Assembly (NCBI GenBank): GCA_033238685.1
Contig: BRZM01000010.1
Span: forward strand, 3,760,405-3,824,404
Origin: Lates japonicus
Taxonomy: Eukaryota
DNA length: 64,000 bases
Reading direction: 5' to 3'
Shown here: one piece after another, positions 50,524 to 59,465 of the stretch
Layout: every line of letters starts with the position of its first letter
Numbering within the stretch: the stretch's first letter is position 1
Position numbers and translations under genes: made by a program
The notes under the pieces: model-generated
The model's database searches: none
What the model saw: only the letters and a program-made list of their open reading frames with translations
Told to the model about the DNA's origin: nothing

Positions 50524-50574
50524 TGGAGCAAACACTGAAGCAGGTCTGGAGTCGTGGACTATCCTCTCTTGTTT
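50524..50574 (-). CDS. mettl17: mettl17 exon (KQERIVHDSRPASVFAP)
   Basis: Aligns to human GKEKSPLDPRPGFVFAP. Bounded by acceptor ttctctatctccag and donor CCA|GTACGT. Confidence 0.65.
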
Positions 50575-50703
50575 CTGGAGATAGAGAACTAAAAGTTATC
50601 AGTCTGCTTCCAGTGTCAAATCATCTGCACAGCAGCACTTAGACTTACCAAAGTCCCCTACGAGGATTTTAAAAGTGCTATTTCACCAGCTGAATTTGAA
50701 TAC

Positions 50704-50772
50704 CTTTAATAAAGTGTCTCTGGCTTCCATAAGAATCTGATGGCCCTCTTTGGTCCCATTTTCCACCAACAC
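50704..50772 (-). CDS. mettl17: mettl17 exon ([23 protein letters not shown])
   Basis: Aligns to human [23 protein letters not shown]. Bounded by acceptor tttcttag and donor AAG|GTATTC. Confidence 0.8.
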
Positions 50773-50943
50773 CTAAGAAAAAATTAAAAGACTCAATAAA
50801 ATATTATTAAATAAGATTGATACCAGAAAAGTTGCAATTTACACACAAAATGATGACAACAGGACCACACATACAGTCCAAAGGATCACAGAAAACTGAC
50901 AGTAAAGTACACATCACATTATCTAAACGGGAAGTTAACAAAC

Positions 50944-51051
50944 CAGATATGAGTTTGTCTTTCTCCACAGAGTGAACACTGCCTCTTCTCGCTCCTTAGT
51001 GTTGGGAAGCTCTGACAGGGTAAAAGCTGCGACTACCAAATCAAACTGCAC
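50944..51051 (-). CDS. mettl17: mettl17 exon ([36 protein letters not shown])
   Basis: Aligns to human [36 protein letters not shown]. Bounded by acceptor ctctcag and donor CTG|GTTTGT. Confidence 0.8.
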
Positions 51052-51412
51052 CTGAGAGGAGAGACACAGCACTATCAGGACTCTTCATCATAAAGCTATG
51101 GAAACTCACATTAATTATTTTATTTATTTAAAAAATTAATTCATAAAAATGTGGTTGGAAGCAGATTTTTGTTGAGAAAGATCACCACTGCATAATCAGA
51201 AATAGAAACAAAAGAATAAAAGTTTCTTAGCACACATCTGGGTAATAGTGGTTGTAGACAAATTATTCATGTGCCATGGTGTGAGGAAGAAAATGTCTCT
51301 TTTTTTGTCACATATACAGCAAGAATCAGAATTTTAATCTTCCTTTTGGAGCTCAAAATTTAATGCTATAATATTTCTGTGCTGCTGAACTAAAAACAGA
51401 GTCTGGTCTTAC

Positions 51413-51483
51413 CGTAGGCGAGACGGGGAGGAACTGTCTGAAATAGACTTGCTTGATGTGAGGTTGAGCTTGTTCGTCATCAC
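51413..51483 (-). CDS. mettl17: mettl17 exon ([24 protein letters not shown])
   Basis: Aligns to human [23 protein letters not shown]. Bounded by acceptor ttgctgagcag and donor ACG|GTAAGA. Confidence 0.8.
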
Positions 51484-51595
51484 CTGCTCAGCAAAACACA
51501 AAAATGCTTAGAATGTCTGATGAGCTATTTGACAAAAGCCCAAACAAAAAATGTATCAAATCTAAATCGAATCACTAAAACGTGTGTGTGTGCAC

Positions 51596-51690
51596 CTTTG
51601 AGAAGTCGCTCTGCCAGAATGTTCATTGGTCCAGAGCTGTCCACACACACCATCTCCTTCAAAGAGTCGGCCCAGTACGAGTGTGATGCC
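51596..51690 (-). CDS. mettl17: mettl17 exon ([32 protein letters not shown])
   Basis: Aligns to human [32 protein letters not shown]. Bounded by acceptor ctctgcag and donor G|GTGCAC. Confidence 0.85.
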
Positions 51691-51771
51691 CTGCAGAGAC
51701 AGTGACTGGATTTGTAGTCTTGTAATTTACATGAAAACTCTCTTTGTGTTGCAGTTGTATTATGCACTAAC

Positions 51772-51845
51772 CAGACAACTGTTCCCAGCCCAGAACCAAA
51801 ATCCAGGAGAGACTGAGGGGCAAAGGAGGGATCTCTCTTCTTTAT
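51772..51845 (-). CDS. mettl17: mettl17 exon (SAM-binding motif I region: [25 protein letters not shown])
   Basis: Aligns to human [25 protein letters not shown]. Bounded by acceptor cattccag and donor TG|GTTAGT. Confidence 0.85.
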
Positions 51846-52064
51846 CTGGAATGATGGGAAAAAAAGACAATCAGTCATTTAGGACATGTAATAGCAGAAA
51901 TTTGATAATCTTAGGTAATAAGGCATTTATTCTGTCATTATCATAAGCTTTACCACTGTAAGTCTATAAAAAATGTTGTAGGTGATGTGGATGAACTGAC
52001 TTTTTAAGGGAAATCCTGTTGTCATCATGTGAATTAACCTGTGATCTCCACTATTTTCTCATAC

Positions 52065-52146
52065 CTCATTTAGAGCTCTCCTCGCTGCCGCATAGCCCCC
52101 GGCCAGCCGAGCCGCCATGTACACCACACTGAACTCTTCATCATAC
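52065..52146 (-). CDS. mettl17: mettl17 exon (KYDEEFSVVYMAARLAGGYAAARRALNE)
   Basis: Aligns to human [29 protein letters not shown]. Bounded by acceptor ttgtcag and donor GAG|GTATGA. Confidence 0.8.
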
Positions 52147-52454
52147 CTGACAACACAAGACAGTGAGCTGTGTATAAACTCATCAACATCTCAGGCTCAA
52201 GCAGGACAAAATGATAGATTTAAAAAAACAGTTTCCAATCTACCTTAAAGGTTTAAAGTTTAAATATTTATCTGAACTTGCATTTATCAGACCTAAATCT
52301 TGTGTAGCTGTTGAGTAAAGGATGCTCTCTCTCTCTACTTTGAAATTAGTTAAATTAACTGGAGCATTTCTGAACACACCCTTAAATAAAAAAAATCCAA
52401 CAAATTCAATAATAGTGTTTTATAAAAGAACATGTAGGTAAAAGGAACTCTTAC

Positions 52455-52542
52455 TTCATGGAAGTCCAATGATATGTTGTTCTTCTGAGCTCTGAAAACA
52501 CTTTCCTCCTGATGCGGTCTGCAAGTGCTTCCTCATCTATAT
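52455..52542 (-). CDS. mettl17: mettl17 exon (DIDEEALADRIRRKVFSELRRTTYHWTSMK)
   Basis: Aligns to human ...RGAVLHALRKTTYHWQELS. Bounded by acceptor attgcag and donor AA|GTAAGA. Coordinates are +/-1. Confidence 0.75.
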
Positions 52543-52652
52543 CTGCAATACAAAGCACATTTTTCTCCAGCTGCTTCACCATATAACCTCTTTACAGTTA
52601 ATATACCTGTGCACCCTCTTTCATTTTTGTATTTATACAGTGTATCACCGAC

Positions 52653-52802
52653 CTCCTCTCTTCTGCATCGCTTTCTCCCAGAGTTCTTTCTCCAGGCCTA
52701 TAGCTTTCTTTCGCAGAGTTGAGTCCTCGACTTTTCGTTTCCTGCTCCACAGGAAGTTAGTGAGTTTATGAGCGCGGTCAGTCAGCTGAGGCACCTGAGC
52801 TC
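52653..52802 (-). CDS. mettl17: mettl17 exon (AQVPQLTDRAHKLTNFLWSRKRKVEDSTLRKKAIGLEKELWEKAMQKRGG)
   Basis: Aligns to human [29 protein letters not shown]. Bounded by acceptor cctgtag and donor G|GTCGGT. Confidence 0.75.
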
Positions 52803-53028
52803 CTACAGGTGGAGAGATTCGAGAGGCAGCACAGCATTTTGACATTTAATTTCAGGACCAGTGAAGCTACAGAAATATCTGGCATGTCAGCTGACAGTCA
52901 CAATCATAACTGAACATACTGAGAATAATTGACTGTGCAGCCATCTGAAGTTCCACAGGTAGGCGCAGAGTTTTCAGGTTGGTCACACCTGGATGCTTCC
53001 TGTGTGGTTCTCCTTTTAGGAAATCTAC

Positions 53029-53061
53029 CTGGGGCTGTGGTTGGGCAGCTGTGCTTATTCC
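53029..53061 (-). CDS. mettl17: Possible small 5' mettl17 exon (33 nt, cctcag|GGAATAAGCACAGCTGCCCAACCACAGCCCCAG|GTAGAT); its phase relative to flanking exons is unresolved
   Basis: A good acceptor and donor pair sits between exon 1 and the AQVP exon. The N-terminal mitochondrial-targeting region is poorly conserved, so homology cannot confirm it. Confidence 0.2.
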
Positions 53062-53410
53062 CTGAGGAGGAAAAAATACTCTCTTTAAATTCTAGTGAGG
53101 CACCAGTACCTAACTTCATTCTGTTATAAGATTACAAGTAAGAAACACAAGAGAAATTCCATTAGTTTCAGACCCAAGACTGATTTTAAATCTGCCGTCC
53201 CTCTTTTATTTATCCCTCGTCCATATTTTATCCCTGATTTCTCCACTGATTAACTTAGATGTATAGTCAATTTATCTATACATAGTTTTTAAAAGTTTTT
53301 TACGGGAGTTCACAAGGTTTTATCCTGTGAATATAGCAAACTGTTGAACTCAGTCAAGTTTCAATGAGTCTGACCTTTATAGCAAAGATGCTGCGTTCAA
53401 TGACACTCAC

Positions 53411-53479
53411 CCTGTACATCATCTTCACGACCCCTGCTCTCTGACAGAGGATATGGGCACTGCAGCTCCGTGTTGCCAT
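53411..53479 (-). CDS. mettl17: mettl17 coding exon 1 (MATRSCSAHILCQRAGVVKMMYR)
   Basis: ATG at 53479-53477. Donor AGG|GTGAGT at 53411. Human METTL17 begins MAAALKCLLTLGRWCPG (a mitochondrial presequence). A CpG-rich promoter lies immediately upstream. Confidence 0.6.
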
Positions 53480-54043
53480 ATTTTCGCAGTTATTACGGTA
53501 TTTCTTAAGGTTTCTTTTTTTATTTTGACTTTCAGTCACACCCCGCGACAAGCACGGGGTACCACATTAGCTCGTTTCCAATCCTTCAACAAAATAACTC
53601 CGACTACTGGTTAAGGCGGAACCTTTGGGACCGAAGTTGTGTTCCCCCCGTATAAGGGCACATTCAGAGCGCTCACTCTGCGCTTATTTGCGGGTCCGAC
53701 TTGTGACTTACTTTACATAGATTTCATATGAGTATTATAAGAAGAAGTTAAAGTATATGTGATTAAATACATTTTCACGCTCAATTGTGCATCAGGTTTA
53801 TGATAAAATTGCTGCCACGGTACCGGCTATGCCTTCGCGCCCTATTTGATGAGAGTGTAGAGCGCATGCGTGACAAGTTATTTTTCCAACTGCCGAGTGA
53901 TTCATCTTCGCACCAGACGATCTTTAGCGGCACCGGCCAGGAAACGGCGGTGAGGAAAGTTTTAAGTCTGTCTCCTTGTCTGTTGTTGCTGTGGCCCATT
54001 TATTACTGTAACTAGCCAATTATAATTTTTTACATAAACCACC
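53480..54043. promoter_or_regulatory. Bidirectional promoter between mettl17 (-, ATG 53479) and parp2 (+, ATG 54044); contains TATAAGGG (~53655), GCGCATGCGTGA NRF1-like palindrome (~53855) and CCAAT (agCCAATtat ~54015)
   Basis: The two start codons face outward, 565 bp apart. The interval is CpG-enriched (ccccgcgacaagcacgggg, ttcgcgccc, agagcgcatgcgtgac). Confidence 0.6.
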
Positions 54044-54116
54044 ATGAGGCGAACAAGAGGGTCGAGGAATAAAAGTCAGGGTGCAGCCGAAAACGAAGAG
54101 GTCCAGTCAAAAACAG
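54044..54116 (+). CDS. parp2: parp2 coding exon 1 (basic N-terminus MRRTRGSRNKSQGAAENEEVQSKT)
   Basis: ATG at 54044, donor ACAG|GTTTGT. The basic N-terminus resembles human PARP2 MAARRRRSTGGGRARALNESKRV. Confidence 0.7.
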
Positions 54117-55102
54117 GTTTGTTTGATGCTGGAAGGAAGAGTTAGCTAGCTGCTGTGTTGTGACTACGTCACTTCTGCACCCGGGACATGTCTGAACATT
54201 ATATATCTGAGCCATGTACAGTCTGAACAGAGAAGGGAAAAATTAATGAGACCTAATTTATTGTCCATGTAGCCTTTATTGTAGTTGCAAAGCTTTCACG
54301 GAACAGTGAAATCCATAAGGTGATATCTAACACGCTGGTAGTGTAGTAAAAAATATTAACAATTGTAATGTTCAGTATAGATTTATTTATTTAACAGTAA
54401 AATGCTGCATGTTTTATTGATCTATTTGTATTAACAATCAAATGTCACTTAATGTCGTTTAAATCAGCAAATTAAATCTGCACCTCCACTACTTTTACTT
54501 CTGATACTTTCAGCACATTTTGCTTATGACACTAATGCACTTTAACTGAAGTAGGATATTAAATGCACAACACTTAATTGTAATGGATTTTACACTGTTG
54601 TATATGCCAGCCCTGAAATAAATGTTACATTGAAGACACTTATAATGGGAACAGATTAAGAGAGATGTTGAGGTCATACTTTTCCGACAAGGAGTCTAAA
54701 GGCAACATATAAGTGATGAGTTGAGTGATTCAAAAGATAAATAAGTGTATTGTGTTGATAATTTTATAGCTGTTTTCAAGTGACTAGTATAACAGGACAA
54801 GAGATGTTTTCACAATCATACATTCAGCAGTAAAAAAATATGTTGATACAGCAGATATCATATCATACAATATTAGTGACTTCACTTTGTTCCAGTTATG
54901 CAAAACCCTTGCCTGGATGATTAATTATTTGATTATTGATTAAGACATCAATCATTTACTCTTTACAATGCAAAATAAAGACAAATGGCAGGTACAAGTT
55001 ACCAGAGTCTAAAGTGCAGTCTTGAAATGTAAGGATTCATTATTCATTATTGCACAAAGTTACAAACAACTCTACTCTCTCTCCCTCTCTCTGTGCGATC
55101 AG

Positions 55103-55312
55103 TGTGGCAGTGGAAGGGAGATGAAGGACAGTGGGAACTGTACTCGCCCTCAGCCTGCGCTGTGTTGGACTCTGCCGTCTCCTCAGGAAAAACCACCGTC
55201 ACTCTGACTCTGGGCTCTGGGACAGCCTATGAAGTTGACCTGAAGAAGATGGTCCAGATTAATCCTGTCACAAAATACAAGAGGAAGATTCGCTCTCAGA
55301 TGGTAAAGTCAG
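55103..55312 (+). CDS. parp2: parp2 exon 2, encoding a complete WWE domain (VWQWKGDEGQWELYSPSACAVLDSAVSSGKTTVTLTLGSGTAYEVDLKKMVQINPVTKYKRKIRSQMVKSG); an alternative donor at 55302 is possible
   Basis: Bounded by acceptor ctgtgcgatcag and donor TCAG|GTGTGT (or ATG|GTAAAG). In frame with exon 1 (phase 1) and exon 3. The W-x-W...G-x-W-x-x-Y...Y-x-V-D-L-x-x-M-x-Q-x-N...R-K-I-R pattern matches the WWE domains of RNF146, PARP11 and Deltex. Confidence 0.7.
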
Positions 55313-55465
55313 GTGTGTGTTTGTGTTTTGATTTCTGTCATCTCCACTGCTGGAAGTAGTATTATATGAAATGTATAGTTTTTGTTCATATGATAGCTTT
55401 TTAAATAAAGAAATACAAATTACTAAATGTGTTTAAAATGTTTCTTCTGTTCTCCTTTTGTCCAG

Positions 55466-55627
55466 AGAGTTTGGATGAAGCCGGTGACTCGACTGCCTCT
55501 TCTACAGTTCAAGTTAAAAAGGAAGAGGAGGAGACGGAGGAGCCACCTGTAGCTAAGAGAAGGAGAGGGCAAAGCAAGAGTCAGACAAAAACTGAGGACA
55601 TGCCCAAAGATGAAATAAAAAGTGAAG
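55466..55627 (+). CDS. parp2: parp2 exon 3 (acidic/basic linker with NLS: ESLDEAGDSTASSTVQVKKEEEETEEPPVAKRRRGQSKSQTKTEDMPKDEIKSE)
   Basis: Bounded by acceptor tccttttgtccag and donor G|GTAACA. Phase-consistent with exons 2 and 4. Confidence 0.7.
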
Positions 55628-55879
55628 GTAACATGCTTCTATTTGTTGTATGTTGTATGGGTAATACAATTCTAAAGTGAAATGTAATTTTGAAGTTGTT
55701 GAGGGACTGGTGACAAACAAAGCGCAGTAACTTTGCCAACATCATGAAGTGGTTTCTGTTTTGTTTCTAAAACACATCAGTTTATACAAGTTAACAGGAC
55801 ATGATATTACCTGTGGTTAATACTATATTGTCAGATTACCTCATCAATGTTTTGTCTCTGATCTTTGGATGTTGGACAG

Positions 55880-55950
55880 AGGTTGTGAAGACGGTGGTCA
55901 TGAAGGGCAAAGCTCCAGTGGACACTGAATGTAAAGCCAAACTGGGAAAG
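55880..55950 (+). CDS. parp2: parp2 exon 4 (EVVKTVVMKGKAPVDTECKAKLGK)
   Basis: Aligns to human PARP2 SESVKALLLKGKAPVDPECTAKVGK. Bounded by acceptor gttggacag and donor AAG|GTACTG. Confidence 0.85.
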
Positions 55951-56241
55951 GTACTGAAGACATGAGAATCATGATTGGCATCTGTTCTGTTTGTGGTTTA
56001 ACACCTGTTAGAAGTTTTTCTAAAGTTTTCAGTTACAGTTCCCCTTGTTAAAAAGCTGCTATTTATGGTTTATTATACATGAGTGTGTGAGACCGAGTGA
56101 TGAGACTTGTCTAGAAGGAGTTTGGTTAGCACTTTTTAGATGATTGTTGTCTTAAACCACATTAAACAACACAGGCATCATAAAGGATGCTGATCAAGTG
56201 CAGTTACTTTTTATTAATATATTCTTTATTTCCTCTTTCAG

Positions 56242-56292
56242 GCTCATGTTTACAGTGAAGGGAATGATGTTTACGATGTGATGTTGAACCAG
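56242..56292 (+). CDS. parp2: parp2 exon 5 (WGR domain start: AHVYSEGNDVYDVMLNQ)
   Basis: Aligns to human AHVYCEGNDVYDVMLNQ. Bounded by acceptor cctctttcag and donor CAG|GTAAAA. Confidence 0.9.
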
Positions 56293-56447
56293 GTAAAATA
56301 TTTAGTAACATTTATTTTCAAATTGACTTAAATGGATCTGCTTTTTTAAATTATCGTGTGGATTATGTTTTCATTTCACATTTTGATCTGTGGGAAAGTG
56401 AATAGATTTTTAGGCTTGCGACAAACATTTCCTGTATTACTTTGCAG

Positions 56448-56544
56448 ACAAATCTTCAGTTTAACAACAACAAATACTACCTGATCCAGCTGCTGGAAGA
56501 TGACAGCTCCAAAGCTTACAGTGTGTGGATGAGATGGGGCAGAG
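56448..56544 (+). CDS. parp2: parp2 exon 6 (WGR: TNLQFNNNKYYLIQLLEDDSSKAYSVWMRWGR)
   Basis: Aligns to human TNLQFNNNKYYLIQLLEDDAQRNFSVWMRWGR. Bounded by acceptor ctttgcag and donor G|GTGAGT. Confidence 0.9.
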
Positions 56545-56681
56545 GTGAGTTTACTGTGTATGTACTGGTGATTCTTTGCATATTTTATATGTTTATATTT
56601 ATGCAGGAAATGAACACAAATTAGTTCTGAAATTACTCAGTTTTGTATTGTATTGGGTGGTGTCTCCTTATGTGTCATCAG

Positions 56682-56757
56682 TGGGCAAAGTGGGTCAAAA
56701 CAGCCTTACAGCCTGTGGTGGAGATCTGCTGAAAGCCAAGAATATCTTCAAGAAAAA
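56682..56757 (+). CDS. parp2: parp2 exon 7 (VGKVGQNSLTACGGDLLKAKNIFKK)
   Basis: Aligns to human VGKMGQHSLVACSGNLNKAKEIFQKK. Bounded by acceptor tgtcatcag and donor AA|GTGAGA. Confidence 0.85.
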
Positions 56758-56847
56758 GTGAGATTGCGCCTTTGAAAAAAATAGTTTCACATGTCTCACA
56801 TGGAAGTGGGCTCAGTGAAATTCTGAAACTTGCTTGCTTTGCCACAG

Positions 56848-56950
56848 GTTTTTAGACAAGACCAAGAACGAGTGGGAACAGCGCATGAGTTTTGAGAAAG
56901 TAGCTGGAAAATATGACATGGTGTTCATGGACTACAGCACAAATGAAAAG
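56848..56950 (+). CDS. parp2: parp2 exon 8 (KFLDKTKNEWEQRMSFEKVAGKYDMVFMDYSTNEK)
   Basis: Aligns to human KFLDKTKNNWEDREKFEKVPGKYDMLQMDYATNTQ. Bounded by acceptor tttgccacag and donor AAG|GTAGTG. Confidence 0.85.
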
Positions 56951-57087
56951 GTAGTGCTTAAAAATAAAAGAACTACTATCTCCTCAGTATTTTTATGATT
57001 ATTACTTGACAGTCCGGTGACAGGAATTCCCACTGAATCGAAGATGGGGTCTATTATTATGTACATACATGTATTTCACTGTTCTAG

Positions 57088-57241
57088 GATGAGAACCAGA
57101 CTACAGTGGACACTGTACCCAAAAAGAAGACCTCCAAGCTGGATGTGAAGATCCAGTCTCTCCTAGAGCTCATCTGTGACCTTAAAGCCATGGAGGAGTG
57201 TGTGCTGGAGATGAAGTTTGACACCCGCAAAGCTCCTCTTG
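57088..57241 (+). CDS. parp2: parp2 exon 9 (regulatory helical domain start: DENQTTVDTVPKKKTSKLDVKIQSLLELICDLKAMEECVLEMKFDTRKAPL)
   Basis: Aligns to human ...ESQLDLRVQELIKLICNVQAMEEMMMEMKYNTKKAPL. Bounded by acceptor gttctag and donor G|GTGAGT. Confidence 0.85.
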
Positions 57242-57349
57242 GTGAGTGTGACAGAATCGATCAAAACAACACAACATCTGAATGAGTAGTCAGACAAGTG
57301 ATCAGTGTTTTCAAGCCTTTCATTGTTGTGCTTCATATTTCAAATGCAG

Positions 57350-57488
57350 GCAAACTAACCTCAGAGCAGATCAGTGCAGGCTACACTGCACTAAAGAGGA
57401 TTGAGGAGTGTTTGAAGAAGAAGGGCAGCAATCGTGAGCTGCTGGAAGCATGCAACCAGTTCTATACCCGTATCCCTCATGACTTTGG
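57350..57488 (+). CDS. parp2: parp2 exon 10 (GKLTSEQISAGYTALKRIEECLKKKGSNRELLEACNQFYTRIPHDFG)
   Basis: Aligns to human GKLTVAQIKAGYQSLKKIEDCIRAGQHGRALMEACNEFYTRIPHDFG. Bounded by acceptor caaatgcag and donor GG|GTAAGG. Confidence 0.9.
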
Positions 57489-57596
57489 GTAAGGAATGTG
57501 TGGCTGTACAGTTAGAGGGATCCAATAAAGGTGTTGGAAAATTGATCAGAGCCGTTGGTCTCTATTTTATTGTAATTAAAAGTTGTAATTCTCCAG

Positions 57597-57660
57597 GTTG
57601 AAAACTCCCCCAATCATCCGCACAGAGGATGAGCTGAAGGAGAAAATTGCACTGCTGGAG
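57597..57660 (+). CDS. parp2: parp2 exon 11 (LKTPPIIRTEDELKEKIALLE)
   Basis: Aligns to human LRTPPLIRTQKELSEKIQLLE. Bounded by acceptor ttctccag and donor GAG|GTAAAC. Confidence 0.85.
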
Positions 57661-57786
57661 GTAAACAGGTTCTCCATTAACTTAAAGATTTTAGCATTTC
57701 AATGTGGTCTACCATTATTCAGCTTATTTCTTCACTTAAATCTGTGGTCCTTGCTATGATAACTATGTATATATGTCTTTTTTTAG

Positions 57787-57921
57787 GCATTGAGTGATAT
57801 CCAGATAGCAGTGAAAATGGTCCAGTCCAGTGAAGGAAGTGACGAACATCCTCTGGACAGACAATACCGCTCCCTCCAGTGCAACCTGCAGCCTCTGGAC
57901 TCTGGCAGTCAAGAGTACAAG
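57787..57921 (+). CDS. parp2: parp2 exon 12 (ALSDIQIAVKMVQSSEGSDEHPLDRQYRSLQCNLQPLDSGSQEYK)
   Basis: Aligns to human ALGDIEIAIKLVKTELQSPEHPLDQHYRNLHCALRPLDHESYEFK. Bounded by acceptor tttttag and donor AAG|GTCTCT. Confidence 0.85.
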
Positions 57922-58076
57922 GTCTCTCTGTTGTAAATAAGTACTGTCCCATCAGACAAGGAGAGGAATCCATTGTAGAACTATAAACTCCTGGGTTTCC
58001 TTGCTCTGTTTATTTGTCTGCAAGCAACAAGTTCATGGAAAACTCTGTAAACTCCCCTGATCTCTATGTTTTGAAG

Positions 58077-58204
58077 GTGATAGAAAAGTATCTGCAGTCC
58101 ACTCACGCTCCCACCCATTGTGACTACTCTATGACCATCCTTGACATCTTCTCAGTGGACAGAGACGGGGAGAGCAACAACTTCCTCTCACAGTTACACA
58201 ACAG
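58077..58204 (+). CDS. parp2: parp2 exon 13 (catalytic domain: VIEKYLQSTHAPTHCDYSMTILDIFSVDRDGESNNFLSQLHNR)
   Basis: Aligns to human VISQYLQSTHAPTHSDYTMTLLDLFEVEKDGEKEAFREDLHNR. Bounded by acceptor gttttgaag and donor AG|GTAATA. Confidence 0.9.
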
Positions 58205-58366
58205 GTAATACAGACTGGATACAGTTGTCAGTTTATTTTGCCTCAGATGTCATATGTTGTGTTGGAACACATTCTGTGAAATCTGCTTTGTTAAGCTCCA
58301 TATTTACCTGTGTAAAGTCTGAAAATTATTAGTTTGTGTGTGTGTGTCTGTTTGTCTGACTACCAG

Positions 58367-58466
58367 GACTCTGCTGTGGCATGGTTCCCGTCTGTCTAAC
58401 TGGGTCGGCATCCTCAGTAAGGGACTCAGAGTGGCCCCACCTGAAGCTCCCGTCACTGGCTACATG
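58367..58466 (+). CDS. parp2: parp2 exon 14 (catalytic H-G-S: [33 protein letters not shown])
   Basis: Aligns to human [33 protein letters not shown]. Bounded by acceptor gactaccag and donor ATG|GTAGGA. Confidence 0.9.
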
Positions 58467-58565
58467 GTAGGATGGCTAGAAAAATACATGCATGTGCTGT
58501 TTTTCACTTGAACTTGAACCAACTAATCACACTGACAGTTATTTCCCTGTTCTTCTTTCATCTAG

Positions 58566-58664
58566 TTTGGTAAAGGTATCTACTTTGCTGACATGTCTTC
58601 AAAGAGCGCCAACTACTGTTTTGCCAATCAGCACAATCATGTTGGACTGCTGCTACTGTGTGAG
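58566..58664 (+). CDS. parp2: parp2 exon 15 ([33 protein letters not shown])
   Basis: Aligns to human [33 protein letters not shown]. Bounded by acceptor tcatctag and donor GAG|GTGAGT. Confidence 0.9.
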
Positions 58665-59116
58665 GTGAGTTGACAGTTTTCTGTGGCGAGATTAAAGTTT
58701 TGTTTCACCTGCCAGTGGCAATGAAAATGTAGGTAGTTTTGTGCACATGGCACGTCACCCCATATCCGGGCAGGTGCAGGACAACAGATTGATGATTGAT
58801 GAATATTTTAAAGAGTGTGCACACTGGGCTTTAACTCCCAAAAACTATATCTCATTGAGAGAATCAACGTTTTGACTCTTAATCATATTTGGAATATTTT
58901 CCAATTTGTTGAAGTGTTTTTTCTTTTCTCATTTATAGAGTTGATTTTCATTTTGCAGGTCTCACACCTGCTCATTGTTGTCTGTGGAAGGTAACAGGAG
59001 AAACCTCTTGACTTATCCTCAAAAGACAAACTGTGGTGCTTAGAGGCTGTTTATTTCAGACCCTATAGACTTGTCAACACAAGACCACAACTCATGTGTC
59101 TGTGCGTGGCTGCAGG

Positions 59117-59241
59117 TCGCTCTGGGAGACTGTAATGAGCTGCTAGACGCCGACTACGAGGCCAACAAGCTGCCTGCTGGTAAACACAGTACCAAGGGCC
59201 TCGGACAGACTGGACCTGACCCCAAAAACTCTGTCACACTG
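59117..59241 (+). CDS. parp2: parp2 exon 16 (VALGDCNELLDADYEANKLPAGKHSTKGLGQTGPDPKNSVTL)
   Basis: Aligns to human VALGQCNELLEANPKAEGLLQGKHSTKGLGKMAPSSAHFVTL. Bounded by acceptor ggctgcag and donor CT|GTGAGT. Confidence 0.85.
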
Positions 59242-59465
59242 TGAGTCTGTCTCATTGCACTGATACATTTCATACAGGCCAAACATTGATTTAATCGCAC
59301 TCAACTGTTACACAACAAAAATCAGTAAATTATCTGAGGGGTTGATCATCTATCTAAAAACTTGGTATATTCTGATAGTTAAAAGTAAAGTAAAGGCAAT
59401 GCCATTTGTACTTAAATGTGTTAAAATCATCTGAATGAGAATATGTCCACCTCTCTCTATCTCAG

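Noticed and set aside
53480-54043. Search for an RPPH1 (RNase P RNA) gene or Pol III PSE/TATA unit next to parp2, as in human
   Set aside because: No segment resembles the conserved RNase P RNA P4 / CR-I to CR-V regions. The interval instead ends in the mettl17 first exon. Only a covariance-model scan could exclude a divergent copy.
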